Below, in pieces: positions 59,512-64,000 of a stretch of DNA of 64,000 bases. Source of the stretch: an uncultured Verrucomicrobiae bacterium (GTDB taxonomy: Bacteria > Verrucomicrobiota > Verrucomicrobiia > Chthoniobacterales > JAFAMB01); the NCBI GenBank assembly GCA_963837955.1, contig CAWIPH010000002.1:608001-672000 (forward strand), given 5' to 3'. Both the position numbers and the translations under genes were made by a program. The notes under the pieces were generated by a model. The model worked only from the letters and a program-made list of their open reading frames with translations. It was not told the DNA's origin and did no database searches. How positions within the stretch are numbered: position 1 is the first letter of the stretch; each line of letters opens with the position of its first letter.

Positions 59512-59635
59512 CTCATCGGCAAACGTGTTGTTGAATGAACAATAGACATCGGTCGGGGCAACCGACCTCGTTAGTTACGAAAGCCGGGCTTGAACTTATT
59601 ACCAACTAATACCCCAGAAAAAATGGAAACTGACA

Positions 59636-60817
59636 ATGAAAGTTAACACTCTTGATGATGATCGTCCGGGTCTCACTCGGCGCCAACTCTTAAGCCTTGC
59701 CACTCTCACCAGCGCTGGATTGGCTGCGGCATCGGTGGGTGTTCCCGAAGCCAAAGGCGCTCCAAAGCCAGGAGAACAGTACGAACCCCTCGAGGATTTT
59801 AAACATGACTTGGAGGGGAGTGAAGGCTGGGTCGGCGCGGGCGGTTCGGCCAAGGAATCGACCGTTAAGCAATTGCCGGTAGCGACAAGTATTGCCGGCG
59901 TTTCCATGCGATTGAAACCGGGCGGGCTCCGTGAACTGCACTGGCACGCGATCGCCGGCGAGTGGGCCTATGTTGTAAAGGGAAATGTGCGGACCACGGT
60001 GATCTCTCCAAATGGCGAAGCCGCACAGGATGATTTCGGACCAGGTGACGTCTGGTTCTTCCCCAAAGGACATGGCCACGCCCTGCAATGCCTGGGTCCC
60101 GATGAGGCTCATTTTATTCTCGGCTTTGATGATGGCCATTTCAGTGAATTTGGAACCTTCTCGATCACTGACTGGGTCGGTCACACTTCGGCGAATGTAC
60201 TCTCTCAAAATCTTGGGTTACCTGCGTCGGCCTTCGCTAATTTCCCGAAAAGCGAGGCATATATCCTACCGGGACAAGTACCGCCGGCGGAGCAGCAGCC
60301 CTTGCGGGAGTTCAACCAGCAAACTAACCAATTCCCTCATAAATACCGTTTGGACTCTTCGCCTCCCCTCGAGTTTCCCGGCGGAGAACTGCGCATAGTA
60401 TCGCAAAAAGAGTTTCCTATCCAAAACACGCTGACCGGCGCGACCATGGCGCTCAAGCCGGGCGCACTTCGGGAAATGCATTGGCATCCGAACGCCGACG
60501 AATGGCAGTTCTATCTTTCCGGCCGGGCCCGCGTAACCATATTCGGAGCGCATGGCAGAACAAAGACCGCAGCGTTTGGTCCGGGTGAGGTCGCTTTTAT
60601 CAAGCAAGGGTTTGGCCACTTTGTTGAGCAGATTGGAGACGAACCCACCAAGGTGCTTATTCTATTTAACTCACCTGTTTACCAGGAAATCAACCTTTCC
60701 ACCTGGCTCGCGACTAACCCGGTTGGGATCCTCACCAACAACTTCGGCATCAGCGCAGAGCTGGCCGATGGATTGCCTAGGGAGAGTATCGTAATCGCGG
60801 CACCCCGAGCGGGCTAA
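59636..60817 (+). CDS. Bicupin oxalate decarboxylase (OxdC family) with Tat signal peptide
   Basis: TRRQLL Tat motif; two Mn sites (RELHWHA..EW..H and REMHWHPNADEW..H); lid FSEFGTF retains Glu. Confidence 0.88.
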   Translation: MKVNTLDDDRPGLTRRQLLSLATLTSAGLAAASVGVPEAKGAPKPGEQYEPLEDFKHDLEGSEGWVGAGGSAKESTVKQLPVATSIAGVSMRLKPGGLRELHWHAIAGEWAYVVKGNVRTTVISPNGEAAQDDFGPGDVWFFPKGHGHALQCLGPDEAHFILGFDDGHFSEFGTFSITDWVGHTSANVLSQNLGLPASAFANFPKSEAYILPGQVPPAEQQPLREFNQQTNQFPHKYRLDSSPPLEFPGGELRIVSQKEFPIQNTLTGATMALKPGALREMHWHPNADEWQFYLSGRARVTIFGAHGRTKTAAFGPGEVAFIKQGFGHFVEQIGDEPTKVLILFNSPVYQEINLSTWLATNPVGILTNNFGISAELADGLPRESIVIAAPRAG

Positions 60818-60989
60818 TCCTAGTTTGGACTTAACGGCATGGAGTCGAACGGATCCGCCCCATGACGGTCAATAACATTGAACATATCGAATCCGAATCC
60901 CGCTCATTACTAACCATTGGTCGTGATAAATCGGGCGGTGTTGCTAACGAGCTACGCTGGAAAGCCGGAATGAAATCAAGGAAAGAATT

Positions 60990-62729
60990 ATGACTACGAC
61001 GCTTCAGCCTGGACGGCGCATCTCCCCGGAAATCACGAGTGTGGTCAATAACCATCGCGATTGGCGAATCCCAGTCAAACCCAACGGCGAGGAAATCACT
61101 CGGCGTAGGCAGATAGAGAAGAAGCTGCCCGCCGTAACGGGACCTGCTTCCCCCGTGAACAGGATAAGTCATGGCGGCAGTTGGGGTTGGCATGTTTCAA
61201 CGGGAGCGGTCTATTGCTCAAGAGAACATTTGCGAATTTTTGGTTTCGATCCGGAAAAAGTGAAGCCCTCCTATTCGCTGTTCCTGGAGAGGATTCATCC
61301 CGCAGATCGTCCCTTGTTCGAACAGATGCTCCACCGGTCGGTTTGGGAGAGCGGCGACTTCGAACATGACTATCGAATTATTCTTCCGGACGGATCGACA
61401 AGATTTCTTCGGAGTGCGGGTCGATCCTTCGTTAATCAGTCCGGGGAGCGTGAGTTCATCGGCACCGTTTTAGACATCACCGACTTGAAGCGGGTGGAGG
61501 AAATCAAGGCGGCCGTGGCGCGTGAGCGGGAGGTGTTTGGGCAGCAGCGCGCTGCAGAGCTAGCAAAGGCGAATGACGGTTTGGGCCGTTACCTCGACTC
61601 ACTGGCCTCAGCGCCCGAACCGGACGAGTTCCTCGGACAAATTATGGGCGCCATCACCAGCCAACTCGGGGCGGTCTCTTCTACGCTGCGATTGTGTGAC
61701 TTCGAAAAGAATCTTCTAACTCTGCGATTGGTTTTCCAAAACGGTCGGCTGATGTCTCCGGCCGAGGCAGGCTATCCAGAAGCTTGGCGATTCTGGCCGC
61801 TCGGGGGGACCTGTTTCGATTGTTTCGACCCGCTTATTACGATACAGCGAGTCGCCGATCCGCAGGCAACGATTCCTGAAACCGAGCGCGCCTATCTGCT
61901 CGGACTCGGTGTCAAGACGATCCTGCTCATTCCCTTGAAATCGCGTGGTTACGCCGTCGGTCGTTTGAGTCTTCGTTTCGGGGAGGATCGCGATTTTTGC
62001 CCGGAAGAGCTCGAGATCGTAAGGGCCTTGGCCACGCAAGCTACCCTGGCTATTCAGCTCACCCGGCTAGCGAACACCGCCAGGCAGTCTGGCGTTCAGG
62101 AAGAGCGAAATCGGCTGGCTGGTGAGATTCATGACTCGCTGGGTCAAAGTTTTGTTGCGATCTCGATGCTGTTAGACGTTGCCGAATACGAAATGGCTGC
62201 CAAAGGGGCGGACCCGCTCTGCCATATTGCTCGAGCCAAGGAGTTGGCAAAGTTTGGCTTAGCAGAGGCGCGCCGGACCGCACTGAGTCTTCATCCGTTT
62301 TTTTTGGATAAGATCGGATTGAGCGAAAGCGTCCAGATGCTAGTTGAACGTTCGAACGTTCCGGGCCGGTTGCAATGCAGCTTCTTGGCTGATGATTCAT
62401 TGACCAACGATTTGCCGTTGGAAACGCAGCAGAATCTTTTACGGATCGCTCAGGAAGCAATCAGCAATGCAGTTCGCCACGCCAATCCAACCACCATCTC
62501 GGTAAGCCTTCACCAGGATAGCGGCTACCTAGAGCTTGAGATCCGAGATGACGGTGGCGGTATTTCTGCGACTCAGCTGTTGAACCAGAAGGGTTTAGGG
62601 CTGACCAATATGCAGAACCGTGCGAAGAAAATCGGGGCAAGCCTGGACATCCGCCCCGGCATCGGCGGCGGCACAGCCATTATCGTAACTCTACCTATCA
62701 ATACACAAACGTGTCAGATAAAAGTATGA
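60990..62729 (+). CDS. Cytoplasmic PAS-GAF sensor histidine kinase (HisKA_3/NarX type)
   Basis: PAS (IHPADR...GTVLDIT), GAF, EERNRLAGEIHDSLGQ, QEAISNAVRHA, GLGLTNMQNRA. Confidence 0.92.
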   Translation: MTTTLQPGRRISPEITSVVNNHRDWRIPVKPNGEEITRRRQIEKKLPAVTGPASPVNRISHGGSWGWHVSTGAVYCSREHLRIFGFDPEKVKPSYSLFLERIHPADRPLFEQMLHRSVWESGDFEHDYRIILPDGSTRFLRSAGRSFVNQSGEREFIGTVLDITDLKRVEEIKAAVAREREVFGQQRAAELAKANDGLGRYLDSLASAPEPDEFLGQIMGAITSQLGAVSSTLRLCDFEKNLLTLRLVFQNGRLMSPAEAGYPEAWRFWPLGGTCFDCFDPLITIQRVADPQATIPETERAYLLGLGVKTILLIPLKSRGYAVGRLSLRFGEDRDFCPEELEIVRALATQATLAIQLTRLANTARQSGVQEERNRLAGEIHDSLGQSFVAISMLLDVAEYEMAAKGADPLCHIARAKELAKFGLAEARRTALSLHPFFLDKIGLSESVQMLVERSNVPGRLQCSFLADDSLTNDLPLETQQNLLRIAQEAISNAVRHANPTTISVSLHQDSGYLELEIRDDGGGISATQLLNQKGLGLTNMQNRAKKIGASLDIRPGIGGGTAIIVTLPINTQTCQIKV

Positions 62730-63352
62730 AGACGGAAATTCGAATTTTGGTTACCGACGATCATCCGGTTGTGCGGCAAGGGTTGGTCACGATCCTGACC
62801 CGGCAAAAGGATATAAAGGTGGTCGGTCAAGCTGCTGACGGAGAGGAGGCCTGCGAGCTCTACGATAAACTTTTGCCGGATCTGCTCCTTCTGGATCTCC
62901 GGATGCCCAAAAAGGACGGCCTGGACGTTATCAGAGATTTGATGACGCGAAGTCCGAAACCGCGAATCATCGTGATGACGACGTACGAAGCCACAGAAGA
63001 CGTTCGGCTCGCGTTGACTGCTGGTGCCAAGGGTTATCTCTTGAAGGAAGCTGAGCCGTCTCAGCTCTGGGACACGGTGCGGAGGGTCTTCGCTGGTGAG
63101 TCGGTTCTACCTCCTGGCGTGGCCGGCAAACTCGTTACCTCCCTGGCGCAGCCGGAGCTAACGGAGCGAGAAATGCAGGTTTTGCGACGGCTGTGTGCAG
63201 GGGACAGCAATAAAGAAATTGCCCAAAAAATTTGCCTCAGTGAGAGCACTGTAAAATTCTACGTTAAGAGTCTCTATAAAAAGCTAGGTGCCACCGGTCG
63301 AACGGCGGCTGTCGCGATAGCGACGAAGCGCGGATTGGTACGGATCGTTTAA
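62726..63352 (+). CDS. NarL/LuxR-family response regulator
   Basis: DDHPVVRQG, LDLRMP, LTEREMQV...SNKEIA; ATGA overlap with the kinase stop. Confidence 0.94.
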   Translation: MKTEIRILVTDDHPVVRQGLVTILTRQKDIKVVGQAADGEEACELYDKLLPDLLLLDLRMPKKDGLDVIRDLMTRSPKPRIIVMTTYEATEDVRLALTAGAKGYLLKEAEPSQLWDTVRRVFAGESVLPPGVAGKLVTSLAQPELTEREMQVLRRLCAGDSNKEIAQKICLSESTVKFYVKSLYKKLGATGRTAAVAIATKRGLVRIV

Positions 63353-63475
63353 CATCACAAAGCGGTTCGAAGACCGATCAAGCAGCTATTGTTTGTTAAC
63401 GAAAGGATCACCCCGACCCTATTTGAGGGTGATGGAAAACGAAGCGTCATCGAAAACGACGCAGGCAGAAGGAAG

Positions 63476-64000
63476 TCAAGCGACTGATCGGGCGAGCGGA
63501 TCGGACCCGACGGAACTCTCCGCTAACGTTGTCGGCGCGCAGAGCACCCTTCTTGGGTTTGGTGCCGATTCGGCTGGATTAAGACCTCCGGTTGCTTCTA
63601 GCCAGTCCGCGATATGGCTGACCTGATCCTCGAGCGACCGCTCGGTGACATCGAGTAACAGTTTCGGAAGGACCGAGCTCTCGACCAGTTCCTGCATGAT
63701 CTCCTGCTCGCGGATAAAAATCGCCAGATTATCGTACTGCGACGGATTACTGGAAATCTTCAGGCGCCGTCTTCTCGCTTCGGCGAAAGAATCCGGGTGG
63801 CGCCAGCAGAATATTAGGCGAAAGCCGAGAGCCGCCAAGCGCGACTCTAACCATCCGAACTTATATCTTTTTCCGCGGTAAGCTGCCTGCCACATCTGAG
63901 TTGAAATGTGGAAGCGGTCGATGATCCAAGAGTAATATCGGTAAAGCTCGAACAGACTTAGCCAGATCCGATAGGCTTCCATCGCCCGCCCTTCGTAGGG
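63476..64000 (-). CDS. Partial protein with thymidylate-kinase-like DRF motif; 5' end outside the window
   Basis: The frame is open to the window edge; WIIDRFHISTQMWQ followed by LIFCWRHPDSFAEARRRRL resembles NMP-kinase DRx and lid elements. Confidence 0.6.
   Translation of the reverse strand, partial: PYEGRAMEAYRIWLSLFELYRYYSWIIDRFHISTQMWQAAYRGKRYKFGWLESRLAALGFRLIFCWRHPDSFAEARRRRLKISSNPSQYDNLAIFIREQEIMQELVESSVLPKLLLDVTERSLEDQVSHIADWLEATGGLNPAESAPNPRRVLCAPTTLAESSVGSDPLARSVA

Overview
A mostly core-chromosome window from a bacterium. Gene content, gene order and intergenic repeat style suggest a soil Verrucomicrobiota (Chthoniobacterales-like); that assignment is an inference. Housekeeping genes include rpmE-prfA-prmC-murA, fabF, a GuaB3-type IMPDH, rpoN with an NtrC-family activator, aroC, gatB, rlmH, glnB, tRNA-Val(TAC) and nusA-infB-rbfA-DHH-truB-ribF. 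Non-core or poorly understood modules: (i) a co-oriented run of a large repeat-plus-Roadblock (MglB-like) protein, MglA, ExbB, ExbD and a TonB-like protein; (ii) an operon of M23, L,D-transpeptidase, CbiX, DR2241-like Fe-S protein, amidohydrolase and D,D-carboxypeptidase, plus a distant fused AhbAB/NirDL-like siroheme decarboxylase; (iii) a ribose-type ABC importer; (iv) an accessory block from about 52.6 kb with GntR and repeated operators, an SBF symporter, RND plus MFP, a Tat-exported oxalate decarboxylase, a PAS/GAF kinase and a NarL-type regulator. Non-coding structure includes at least three families of GTAG-type palindromic repeats, one locus showing three-level nesting, and sigma-54 sites at rpoN (antisense) and glnB. 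Two neighbouring genes (Kir channel and EamA transporter) each carry a +1 frameshift. No CRISPR array, rRNA, integrase or transposase was seen.
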